Positions 1-11,339 of a stretch of 64,000 bases of DNA are shown here, one piece after another. Below the pieces are notes generated by a model. The model had not been told where the DNA came from, made no database searches, and saw nothing but the letters and a program-made list of their open reading frames with translations. The stretch is taken from contig NC_135252.1 of assembly GCF_964204865.1 (NCBI RefSeq), positions 18,476,001-18,540,000 of the forward strand, read 5' to 3'. The translations under genes and the position numbers were made by a program. Each line of letters opens with the position of its first letter. Positions within the stretch are counted from its first letter, which is position 1. This DNA is from Styela clava (lineage: Eukaryota).

Positions 1-2588
1 AGTTTGGATTTGTTTATCAGTTATTCAGTAAAAAGCTCCAAGACTGTAGTTCAAAACAAGAAACATGATGTGTCATTCTTTGTTCCTGTTGCTTATTGCG
101 GGATCAAGTCTCGGTGAGAAAGTTTTAAAATATTTGACCCTACTTAGTGTAAATTAAAGACTAAAAATTTTTAAAATTACGTATTTGTTTATTTCTCATA
201 AAACAAATCCATAGTTAACATATAAAAGCTTTCACGATATCACACGAATTGAGAATGTCGCCAAATTAACGAACAACGCATGTCGATTGGAACATGTTTC
301 GTCTAAATAACATAACCAAGTCCTAAGCTATGGCTTAGTCAAAATTAATAACTTCATAATGTTACTCTTATACACAGCAAAAATATTGCCAAACTCAGAA
401 GATACCTGTGATGGCATATCACACAATTTTTACTTGACGGTAAGTTAAATTATTTATGTATTATTGCAATTTTATAAATACCATCACCAAAACGTGTGTA
501 AATACTATTAACCTAGCAAAAATCATTCTTGCGCAGATAATATACACATTGTATAACAAATTTTCAGCAGCATTAAACCTCAAAATGTTATTTCTCGAAT
601 TTCATATGTCAATGTTGTGGGAATTCAAGGAAATGTTGCATTTGTTGTAAATAATTTGTAGTATAATATTCTTGCTCTAATTTTATACAATTGATTGTTT
701 AGCATATTTTTTCTTACTTCTTAAAAAACCCTTCACAAAAATGTGAAGTAAAGTGTGTTTCATTCTGTTTGTTTCAGTTAACCAGCGAACAAGGTAAGAT
801 GTGACTTTTATTACAATATTGATTGGTTTAACGGTCCCAGAATCTTTATTTGGATTCAATTTGAGAGAATCTTTGAATAAATATATATATCAATCTCATT
901 AGTTTTACATGTTCAAAATCTTCGTACACCAACAGACACACTAAGTATTGGTAAGCTAAAGCAACTTAAATCTATACCAGATTCAGAAATACATCAGAAG
1001 GTTTGTTAATTCAGATTTGCGAATGCAGTTGGAAGAAAAGCTTACATTATTGTTAATGAATAATTTTGACGGAGATCTTGTAATAAACACTCAAATATTT
1101 GAAAATGTTGCACGCACCAACCTAAATCATACAACTACAGATAGAGATGATACCACCGACAATAATGTTGAATATTCTAGTTCCGCGTCTTCTAATGATG
1201 TCACAACTGATCCGTTTTATTCAAGGACAAATTTGATAACAGAGAAAACTGAATTGAGTACAAAGAAGGAAATTACGACAGGTTTTAATAATTTTTCTTC
1301 ATATTTTCAACGTAAATGTAGATCAAGCTACACCAACAACTCGAATTGCAATGCATTATGTATACACAGTGTAGAAGGGAACCAATAAAAATATTGCAAT
1401 GACAAAAATTTGAAAAAAAAAACTCTTCAAATATGTATGAAATTATGGAAGTGTATGATCGCAAAACCCAACAAATTTGTATTCTAGTCAAAATTATAAT
1501 TATTACTCAATTCTTATGGTAGTAGCTTATACAATTGAGGTAGTTTAGTCATTTGGTAAGGTATTTAAACTATAATGTCCGTAATATAATACGAACGCGT
1601 CATCTATCGATTTCATTACATTCAATTATTGAACCTAATTGACCTCATTTCAGGCACTTACGAAATATACCGACTGGGAATGGCCGAGAAGTACCGACAA
1701 ATTGATAACAACCGACAAAGATGATATTGGAGATGTGGTGACCACTGACACGGATTCAACTCTTCTTCAGTCTTCTACTTTAACTACTCTCGTTGATAGG
1801 AATGAAGGAAGCTCACATTCAGGTATCGGTACTAGCAGAAGATTTCTGTCTTCCTCTTGATCATTATATTTACAACGTATAGTTAATATTATGTAATAAT
1901 ATTATGTTTTATATCAATATCAGATTTACCCGAGGATTGTACAAACATGCAAAAGAAAAACGCGAAAACTAAAAACGCTACTGGTGGAGTATTTAATATT
2001 TATCCTGAACCAAACGAAAGTTCCATTGAAGTTTATTGTGATCTCGTCACCGAATGAGGAGGATGGATTGTAAGCTTTGCATTTTGAACAAAGCTAGTAT
2101 AAGCTGATTAAAAATTATCCCTTGTATCAATTTTCAATATTCACTAATCACTCCACTCTCATGAGTGAAAATTTTATAAATCTGCACGGATACGTAAATT
2201 TGACAAAATTTTTGTAACATTTCGTTGTGAATCAATCATTGAATAATATAAGAACAACAGCAAACTTGATTTCAAAGGTGTTTCAACGACGAATGGATGG
2301 ATCGGAAAATTTTTATAGAAATTATTCTGACTACGTGAAGGGGTTTGGAAAAGCCGATAGAGAAATGTGGCTTGGTAAGTTTATTTACTTTTAATATTGT
2401 TGGAATATTTGCAATGTAACAATTTTGAATGAAGTTGCGATAAGAAAATGTCAAAAAAATTTAATATTGATCAAAATGTGCAACTCGGTTGGTTTACTTG
2501 CCCAATTCTAAATCCAGAAGTCATAAAATTAAATATTTCCATATTAAATCTTTGAAATTGTATAAAATCATTCAAGTTAACATAAAAA

Positions 2589-2995
2589 CGAGAATATCGG
2601 TTGGAAACCGAAGACTTATCGATCGATAGTTAGGGGATCCCCCAAAACAGAAACTGCAGTTTCGATTCATCCGCTCTTGTAACTTGCGCACTGCGCATCG
2701 CACACACACACTCGGCGGGTTTCAAAATTCTCTCGCTTTACAAAAATCTAGATCACTATATCAATAATTGATTGATAACTCGCTAATTATACGACATAAT
2801 TCGCCCAAAATCAATAGGCTACTGGTCCGAGATAAGATGAATGCACATGCAAAATCTGGAGCAGATTCAATCTCGCTTTCGTGAGATATCGCGTGCATCT
2901 AACAGACAGACATACATACAGACATACATACAGACAGACATACATACAGACAAATACCTATCAATATACTTACCGATCTTAAGATCGATAAGTAA
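2589..2995 (-). mobile_element. HINE/DINE-1-like non-autonomous Helentron-associated element in intron 7 of A1
   Basis: Absent at the homologous site in A2 (23490-23500). On the minus strand: 5' palindrome ACTTATCGATC-TTAA-GATCGGTAAGT, GTCT/GTAT microsatellite (2903-2952), 3' subterminal repeat GATCGATAAGT plus stem-loop TCGGTTTCCAACCGA. Inserted in a T/A run without a TSD. Confidence 0.75.
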
Positions 2996-3518
2996 TTAAG
3001 CACCAATACCATGTATAATGATACCTCATTTGCGCCAATATAAACTTCAGGTCTGGAAACGTTGAATCTGATTACGAATAAATATGATTGTGAACTTCGT
3101 ATAGATATGAAAGATTGGGAAAACAACACATCTTACGCCAAATATGGGTGAGTCGCGTGATAAAAAAATAAAAAGCCAATGAATTACACATAGCTTATAA
3201 ATGTGGGTTGGACTTTGAAAGGCCAATCTGTCACCCTATTTAGGAAAGTCGCCATTGACTTCAAGTTTTAGTGTTATTTGAGCACGCACTCGGGAAGAAA
3301 TGCTAGAGCAATGGAAGTTGGCTATTATATAATTTCTTTATTAAACTTGGCATCTTGGAATTGTTGTGAATTCGGAATAGCTTTTTCTAATATTCAAAAT
3401 ATTTCATATTGATTGAATGAAACTACATAAGCTACAATAATGCGGATAAAAACACTCGAAATAAGATAGAAACGTACCAGACTACTGTAATATTACTAGT
3501 ACAAACAAAAAATAAATG

Positions 3519-3628
3519 GGACCTCCTGAAGTATGCGCACCAAGATGGCGCACAATCTGAACTCGGGTTGTGTACAAAGTTAGGTTTCAGGCTGTGCGAC
3601 ATCTTTGTGCGCATACTTCAGGAGTACC
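3519..3628. mobile_element. ~110-bp fold-back MITE in intron 8 of A1 (copies at 24025-24134 and 47222-47331)
   Basis: Long imperfect inverted repeat GGACCTCCTGAAGTATGCGCAC...GTGCGCATACTTCAGGAGTACC with A-rich flanks aaataaatg/aaataatga. Absent from intron 8 of the B genes. Confidence 0.7.
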
Positions 3629-4534
3629 AAATAATGATATACGTTTGACTGCTGTTGATAAATAGTCAAGAAACGAATCTCAAAACCCCTCAGACATACT
3701 GTAGAGACGCAGTTGAAGGACAGAAACATGAATAACGCTCTAAATTTCTAGGGTGTTTAAAGTTGGAGATGAAACTAACAAATATCAACTCACTGTGGGG
3801 GAATACAGTGGAAATGCGGGAGATTCAATGCGAAATCATTCTACAATGAACTTCACAACAAAAGATTACGACAACGATATCTGGCAAAGAAATTGCGCTC
3901 AACGATTCAGAGGCGGTTGGTGGTACAATAAATGCCATCAATCTAACCCAAACGGCATTTACTTATCAGGAGAATCTGAGTTTGGCGTTGGAATCAGCTG
4001 GTTTACCTGGAAAACGCACAGATACTCCCTCAAATTTATTGAGCTGAAACTCAGGAAAAAATCTAAAACTATATGATCTCGCGCGAACCTTGCAAAATAA
4101 ACGATCAAAATAAACGATTGGTTTTTAAGCGAGCTAGTGTTATGCTGAAGTCCCTCTCGTTTTTTTTTCCATATGTGTGAATGGACATCAGTGGCCTAAC
4201 ATGTAGCAAATTTTTGAGCTACCATTTATGGTGATTGATTACCATTTGGGATTGCTGCCTGCATATAAATGGCCTGGCAATTGATGTAAATAAGTGACTT
4301 TCGAAGATTTTAAACATTTTGTCATCATATATATACGTTTGTTCCATATTCAAATATACCCATAATAATATGTCACGGATGCCGTCAGCATATTAGCGAG
4401 TTTCGTCCACGCACGCTTCAATCATCTCATTGGCATACTCGATCCGTATAAAACCGGAGAGTACAAGGTTTGATTTGACGATCGCAGCGTGTGTGAAGCA
4501 CATTTAGTTTCGCTACGTGGTAAAACGGGACGTT

Positions 4535-4960
4535 GGCTCGAGGGTAGGAGAGTTGAGGTACATAGACAGTGGGTCGAAGATAGGAAGGTAAGAGGGATCG
4601 GAACGCGGGCCGGCGATAGAAAGGTTGAGGGAGATATGATGGTGGCACGTAGATAAGTGGTGAGTCCAGGATAGAAGGGTGGGAAAGATAGGGCAGGGCA
4701 GTGGGTCGAGGATAGGAAGGTGAGAGAGATAGGACAGCGAACCGGGGATAGAAAGTTTGTATGAGATAGGGCAGTGGGTCGAGGATAGGAAAGTATGAAT
4801 AGATAGGTGGCTAGTCGAGGATAGGATAGTGAGAGAGGTAGTGCAGTGGGTCGAGGATAGAAAGGTTGGGGAGCTGGGGCAATGTGTGGAGGACAAGAAT
4901 GTTGAGGGAAATGGGACAGCGGGTGTAGGATAGAAAGGTTGAAGTGGATAGGCAGGGCCA
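4535..4960. repeat. Purine-rich ~37-bp minisatellite upstream of B1
   Basis: Degenerate repeats of GGGCAGTGGGTCGAGGATAGGAAGGTTGAGAGAGATA. Confidence 0.85.
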
Positions 4961-5617
4961 TTTTGTATCTTGCTCTTCTGTGTTAAAGGTTGCACATCCC
5001 TGATTTAGCGTATATATAAAAGACTAAAAATTTTGAAAGTCTGCATATAAACTCAACTAAGGGCAAGCCGCAGTAAACAGTCTGGCGGGCCGTGGGTTGG
5101 GCAACCAATATATAAAGCTACAGCTCCTATGACCTATACCGAGCCGTAGTTGTTGCCGAATATAGGAGATTGAAAACATCGTCCTGAAAACTTTGGTACC
5201 GGGATGCATGTATACGATCAATAACTTCTTACAAATTTGAAAATCTATTTATCCATAGGAAAACTAAAACACATTGCATATGAGACGTTGATATAAACGT
5301 AAAACATATTTGTTATAAATTTCAATGATCGAGTTGAGTTGTCGGTGTTTTTCCACAGCAACAATGGAATAATGAATAGAATAATAAATAAATAGAATAA
5401 AAAATCTTTGGCGCTTACATATTATACTGAGCTCAACAATGCCATGAACCTCCCAAAAATATAGAAAACTACTTCGATGTAAAATGGAAGTAAATTAAAA
5501 AGCTCTCAAATTTATTTTGATTATCGGGAAATAATTTCTAAAATACTATTTTGAGTACAACATGTACGTTAATAAATACATCGACAGTTCGAAAGTTGTA
5601 TTACCAAAAGATAAAGA

Positions 5618-5710
5618 GGAAATGTTATGACGTGAAATGATGACGCATGATGGGTTATGCGGTTCAAATATTAGTTGACATTATCATTTTCGGTTTGACG
5701 AGTTAGTATG
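5618..5710 (+). promoter_or_regulatory. Conserved proximal promoter block of A and B genes
   Basis: The same block lies ~65-160 nt upstream of the ATG in B1, A2 (20823-20912), B2 (28395-28485), A3 (43616-43705), B3 (49339-49430) and B4 (58206-58297). It contains CRE/AP-1-like TGACGT/TGACGCA and IRF-like TTTTCGGTTTG motifs. Confidence 0.45.
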
Positions 5711-5776
5711 GTTTGATTTTTTCTATCTGTAAATCCGCAACAAAACTTCAAGCTTATAATTCAAAAAAGAAGAAAC

Positions 5777-7631
5777 ATGATATATCAATATATATCAATT
5801 TGTTCGTGTTACTTATTGCGTGTTCAAGTCACGGTAAGATGGTTTTAAAATATTTGACCTACTTGATGTAAATTAAATACTAAAATTTAATAAAAGTATG
5901 TATTTGTTTATCTGTCATAAAACAACTCAATTGTTTACACATAAAAGCTTTCACGTTATTACCCGAATTGAGTAATTTAAAAGGCCGGTTAGAACATTTG
6001 TTGTCTAGATAACGTAAATTAAACTACGGTTTAGACCAAATTGACAAACTTCATAATGTTATTCCTGTAAACAGCAAAAATATCGACAAACTCAGAAGAT
6101 CAGTATGATGGCATATCATACAATTTTGACTTGACGGTAAGTTGAATTACTTATGTTTTATTGTAGTTTTATGAGTACGATCACCGAAAATGCGTTAATA
6201 CTATTAACTTAGCATAGATGATTATTGCACAGATTGTATACACATTGAATAACAAATTTTCAGTAGCAATAAACCGCAAAATGTTATTTTTTGAATTTCT
6301 TACGTCGGTGTCAGCATTTAATATATATATAGGCTACATGTAGAATACGATCATTTGTGAAGTCGTAACACCTTGGGTGTTCGAGGAAATGTTGCATCTG
6401 TTGTTCATAATTTGGTAGTTTATTAACCTTGCTTTATTTTAATACAATTGATTGTTGAGCATATGTTTTGTTACTTCTCAAGTGACCCCTTTACAACACA
6501 GATAAAGTAATTTACGTTTTACTCTGTTTGTTTCAGTTCTCAAGTGAACAAGGTAAGATGTGTTTTTTATACTTATATTGATTTGTTTAACGGCCCCAGA
6601 ATCGGTTTTTATTTTGATTCAATTTGAAAGGATTTTTGAATAAGTATATATCTTAATCTCATTATGAGTAAACTAAAGCAGCTTAATTTATTCTACACCC
6701 GATTCAAGTTTTTTTTTTTAATTCAGATTTGCGAATGCAGTTGGAGGAAAAGCTTACATCAATTTTAATGAACATTTTTGATGGAGATCTTGTAATAAAC
6801 ACTCAAATATTTGAAAATGTCGAACGCTCCAACCTAATTCCAACAACAACAGATAGAGATGATACCACCGACAATAATGCTGTATATTCTAGTTCCCCGT
6901 CTCCTAATGATGTCATAACTAATCCGCTCTATTCAGCGACAAATGGAATACACGAGAAAGCTGCATTGAGTACAAGGACGGAAATTACGACAGGTTCAAT
7001 CAATTTTTTTTTGACGCTTATAAGCATACGTGTAGATCAGGCAATATCAAATACTCAAATTACATTAATATATATACACAGTGTAGAAGAGAAACAATTA
7101 TAATTTTGCAACTCTGAAATTTGCGAATATGAAAATTTGTTAAATATATCAAGAGTCTAACAAATTTCTATGCTATACCAAATTTTAATTGTTAATTCAA
7201 TATAGGTAAATCTAAGCAATTGATAAAGTATTTGAACTATAATGTCTGTAATATAATAAGAACACGTCATCTATCGATTCGATTACCAATCTATTTGATC
7301 CTATTTCAAGCACTAACGAAATATACTTGGGGATGGCCGCTTAGTACTGACCAATTGATAACAACCGACAAAGATGATATTGGACATAGAGTGACCACTG
7401 ACACGGATTCAACTCTTATTCAGTCTTTCCCTTTATCAACCTTCGTTGATAGGACTAGAGGAAGCTCACTTTCAGGTATCTGTAGGCTACCAGCAAAACA
7501 TTTCTGCCTTCCTCTTGATCACTAAAATAAATATCATGTTTATATCAATACCAGAATTACCCGAGGATTGCACAAACATGCACAAGAAAAACGCAAAAAT
7601 TAAAAACGATACCATTCCAAGCAAAAGTTGA
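5777..7631 (+). pseudogene. FReD gene type B copy 1, 3'-truncated in exon 6
   Basis: Exons homologous to B3 exons 1-6. An 8-nt duplication in exon 1 (atatcaat) frameshifts the signal peptide. Homology ends at ~7612 (KIKND|TIPSKS*) and exons 7-9 are absent. Confidence 0.85.
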
Positions 7632-9674
7632 ATTCCATCAATTTTTTTAAAAGTGTAGTGAAAGTAATTTTTTTTTTTTTTTTTATATTAAAAGACATTG
7701 GAATTTTATTGGACTGCATTCTTTTCACCGAAAAAGTCAAAATTCCACCCAGGTTTTTGATGGTTTTTAAAAAATGGCCTAAAATGTAGAAATTTTGGTA
7801 TAATTGACATATTTTGTGATGATTCGTGACACAAAGTGTTTGATTGTGCGATACAGTTATTTCAAATGAAATAGACGCACTAGATTTAAATATTTTTTAT
7901 TGGAGAGTTCTTTAATATGTATTAACGTCCTTTTTTTCTCTAAGACATTGTTATCATTAGCTTTATGTACCATATATGTGCAGAAAAGCATGTTGCATTA
8001 CGCTACACTCTTTTAAATAAAAAATGCCCGATTATATATATTGAGAAGATCAAAAGTTACAATTAGATTCGATACAATAAACCATTTTCGTCTTATCTTC
8101 TCAGCTATGTATCAACAACAATACAATAATTTTAAGTTATTCATAATTTTGGGATTCATAATGGTACTTTTCTACCAGATACACAACCATGTTGAGTCTT
8201 ATTGGAGTATCAATTGAGTAATTAAATAATATATAGAGTATTTTATCCAATTTTTGAGCTTGTTGGGGATTTCAATGAATGTCATTTTTCTGTGGCAATT
8301 CAATTAATGCTTTCCACCTAAGTTGTTAATGAATATATTTCACTCATTATTTTAATTTCGAATTGCCCTGAAATATAGTTAAGAGCAGGAATTTGTGAAA
8401 AATATGTATTTTGTAAGTTGCAATATTTATGAAACATCTCAGTATAAATAAATGAGATGTTTTACAGATACAAAAATTTAATCTTATTGTTCTCTAACAA
8501 AATTTGGAAATGCTGGTGTTTACCTGTTGCTGTCAACATTTATACATTCATTCACACTGCTCTTCTATCTTCAATATAATATGAAATGTACAATGAAGAA
8601 ATAAACAGACTGAAACACGAAGGTGAGTTGCTGTTTTAATTTCTGAAATTTGTATATATGTTTTACTTGGCCGGTTAGAGATTGAGTTCATTATTTGATT
8701 CTGAATAAAAAAAAATACCATGTTTTCCATTATACATACTTTTATAAATTATTTTATTTCAAAATTATTGCAAAATAATATATTTTTATCATATCATTGC
8801 TTATTTTATAATACAAGTTTCCAAAGCTGATTGTATTTCGTATCGAGCATATCCCCATATTTGCATTCAAAATTCCAAATTACTTTAGGTTTGTTAAAAT
8901 ACCAATTTGTGTTTTCTAGTTTCTTTTACTATTTGATATTATAACATAGTTTTAACATCTATTTCAGTGACTGAAGCGAAAAAGTTAATAGAAAACTATA
9001 AGATTGATACTGATGCTTCAACAGAAAAACTCAATTTAGACAAAGATATCAAAAAATACTTAGAGAGAAGTAAGCAATCAAACTATTTACATTCCACACA
9101 AATGCCAATTAATAGTTCAGTGACACCAAACACGAAGCAAATTTTATTTTTAACTTTAACTTGGTTGTTCAAAAAATATAGGTATGTAAGAATGTAATGT
9201 AGAATGAAAGAAAATAGTTTTAGGAATACTTTATATCCACTTACCGTTACCGTTTCATGGACGTATTAAATGTGTCATTAATTATTCGATTATGCAGTAC
9301 CTCTATCGTCCATAGTTAGCATTCGACATAGTCATAATTTTTATTGACAAAATTATTATTACAAAATTAATATTCAGGTCGTTATTTGCCGGATAGTTGT
9401 CGAGGGTTACACAAACACAATTTATTTCTTGGAATGAAACCGGAGAAGTTTTTGGAATCTACCGTACACCGGTATCTGAAAAGATTTTACCGTGACTTGA
9501 TGACAGATGACGGAGGATGGGTTGTGAGTTGAATCGATTTATTGTTATTCTGATTGAACCATTTTGTAATGTATTTTTCTATTATCTTACAAAATACTTA
9601 AAAACTTTCGATCCATGAAATAATTTTCTCGATCCTAGCTCCTTAACTGGAAATAATGACTTGTTTGTTTAAAG

Positions 9675-11339
9675 CAGGGGTGGCCAACCTTTCACATACC
9701 ATGCGCCACGTTTTAAACATAATGTTTCAGATGCGCCGTAAATCTCATGTATTCCCACGCCTAATGTCCGCTTCTTGTGTCCACTCATTTAGAGAATTAC
9801 GGAATCACTGAATTAAACACTGAATGAATAAATTACAATGACAGCCGCATATATATAGTTAACTCAACGAAAATTCTCGTATCCACGCAAAAATTCGAGC
9901 AATTTACGATAAACAGATTACGATTGATTACGAAACAGGGAACCATTGTGACGCCATGCTTCAAGTAAAAACTACAGCCTTCCTGAAAGTAGGAGAAAAA
10001 CGCATTCTGTCTTAGTTATGAGCATTACGCAATAAAGCTGTTTTTAACAACGAAGAGAAAAAGGTACGATTAAGAAGTAAAGTTAGGCGTAATATTGTGA
10101 CAACAGGCCTTTAGTATCAATATCTACTCTACTCTACTCTACCCTCGATTCTAATTGGCCTTTGCTAATCAGCTGTTTGGCCTAGCGTTGCGTGATTTCA
10201 CTCCAGGCTTCTTCGAGATTAGTACCTGCGTCACAGCAAGCGATTTTACGCTTTGCTTTTGTTGACAACGGTCATTTGAAGTTTGGATGAAAAAGGCGGT
10301 ATTTAGGGGTCATTTTCAGCATGTTGTGGGTTGATTTATATTAAATTTTTTAGACTTGGGCAATTCAATTGGTTGTTCAATGGTTATTGGGAGATATTTG
10401 GGGAGTCTGGGCAATGGAAAATCCATGTCTCAAGCTGATAAATGACGATTTTCTATTTTTCCAGAAGTTCTGAACTTTTTACTTCAGTAGGAAAAAAATA
10501 GTAAATTTTACTAATTTTTGCTAAAAGTCTAGAATGAATGTCATAAAGTCCGTCCAAAAGCTAACGTCGATAATCGCCTGTTGTTTATAATTCCAACAAG
10601 CCGTAAGTGGGCGACGTGGAGTAAGGAGAATAGATTTCAGGTACAATCAAAAGTCACCATGTAAATTGCAAAAAAACGGCTTGGGGTGGAGAAGCCAAGT
10701 GCTATTAACAATTTTGGCATGAAAAGGGTTAAAGATGCAATGCGCCACCTCTAATCATGCAATGCGCCACGTTTGGCGCATGCGCCATAGGTAGGCTTAC
10801 CATATCTCTGAAGCCAAAAAACCGGGACGGCGCGGATTGGACAAGTCAAACTTGGTTCGATTCTGGGGGTTAGTAATAGTTTAAACGCTTTCCTACCATT
10901 GTGGGTAGATTGCAGGCATCAAAATTAGCTGTAAATCTTATTACGAAATCCTCGGTTTGACAAATAAAAATAAACTCTCTTTCTATTGGTCTTCGCTTCA
11001 AATAATGGGAATTGTTCTCATTCTTAAACTCATCAGAAAACTTGCACTTTGTTTCCGGCATTTTGATGATTCAACGACATTACAGTTGGGTGTTAAATTA
11101 ACACATGGTTCATACTTCATGTCATGAAGTGAGACGCAAATCATTGGTAAATCGGCTGCCTCCATTAAAAATAATTTTTTTTGTAATATTATCGAATAGA
11201 AAAACTATTATGACTGTCATACTGCAAAACCGGGTCATTTAAGTCTATCGCCGGGACGGCAGAAAAACATGCTAAAACTGGGACTGTCCCGGCTAAACCG
11301 GGACGTATGGTAAGCCTAGCCATAGGTTGGCCACCCCTG
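9675..11339. mobile_element. Non-autonomous hAT element in an intron of C1
   Basis: TIRs CAGGGGTGGCCAACCT / AGGTTGGCCACCCCTG and a perfect 8-bp TSD GTTTAAAG (9667-9674, 11340-11347). Subterminal TGCGCCA repeats. Confidence 0.92.
10792..11318. mobile_element. hAT (Blackjack-like) MITE nested in the hAT element
   Basis: TIRs TAGGCTTACCATA / TATGGTAAGCCTA and 8-bp TSD GCCATAGG (10784-10791, 11319-11326). Subterminal CCGGGAC repeats. Confidence 0.9.

Larger units (their letters stand above)
65..4076 (+). pseudogene. FReD/FREP-type secreted lectin gene, type A copy 1 (9 exons, disrupted)
   Basis: GT-AG exons 65-113 (signal peptide MMCHSLFLLLIAGSSL), 378-439, 778-793, 1015-1281, ~1655-1822, 1924-2069, 2278-2374, 3051-3147, 3752-4076. 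FReD motifs [41 protein letters not shown]. Lesions: in-frame TGA at 2055-2057 (T-E-*-G-G-W versus TDGGGW in B3/B4), and exon-5 acceptor changed from caag|CA to cagGCA (AG shifted 1 nt). Confidence 0.88.

Noticed and set aside
456-650. Short ORFs in AT-rich introns and spacers (many 60-100 aa ORFs in the track)
   Set aside because: They are intronic or run through exon-intron borders. They recur only because of the segmental duplication.
2055-2057. Selenocysteine or UGA=Gly code reassignment
   Set aside because: The aligned residue is Gly rather than Cys, no SECIS-like hairpin was recognised in the 3' flank, and TGA is the true terminator of A genes and B4.
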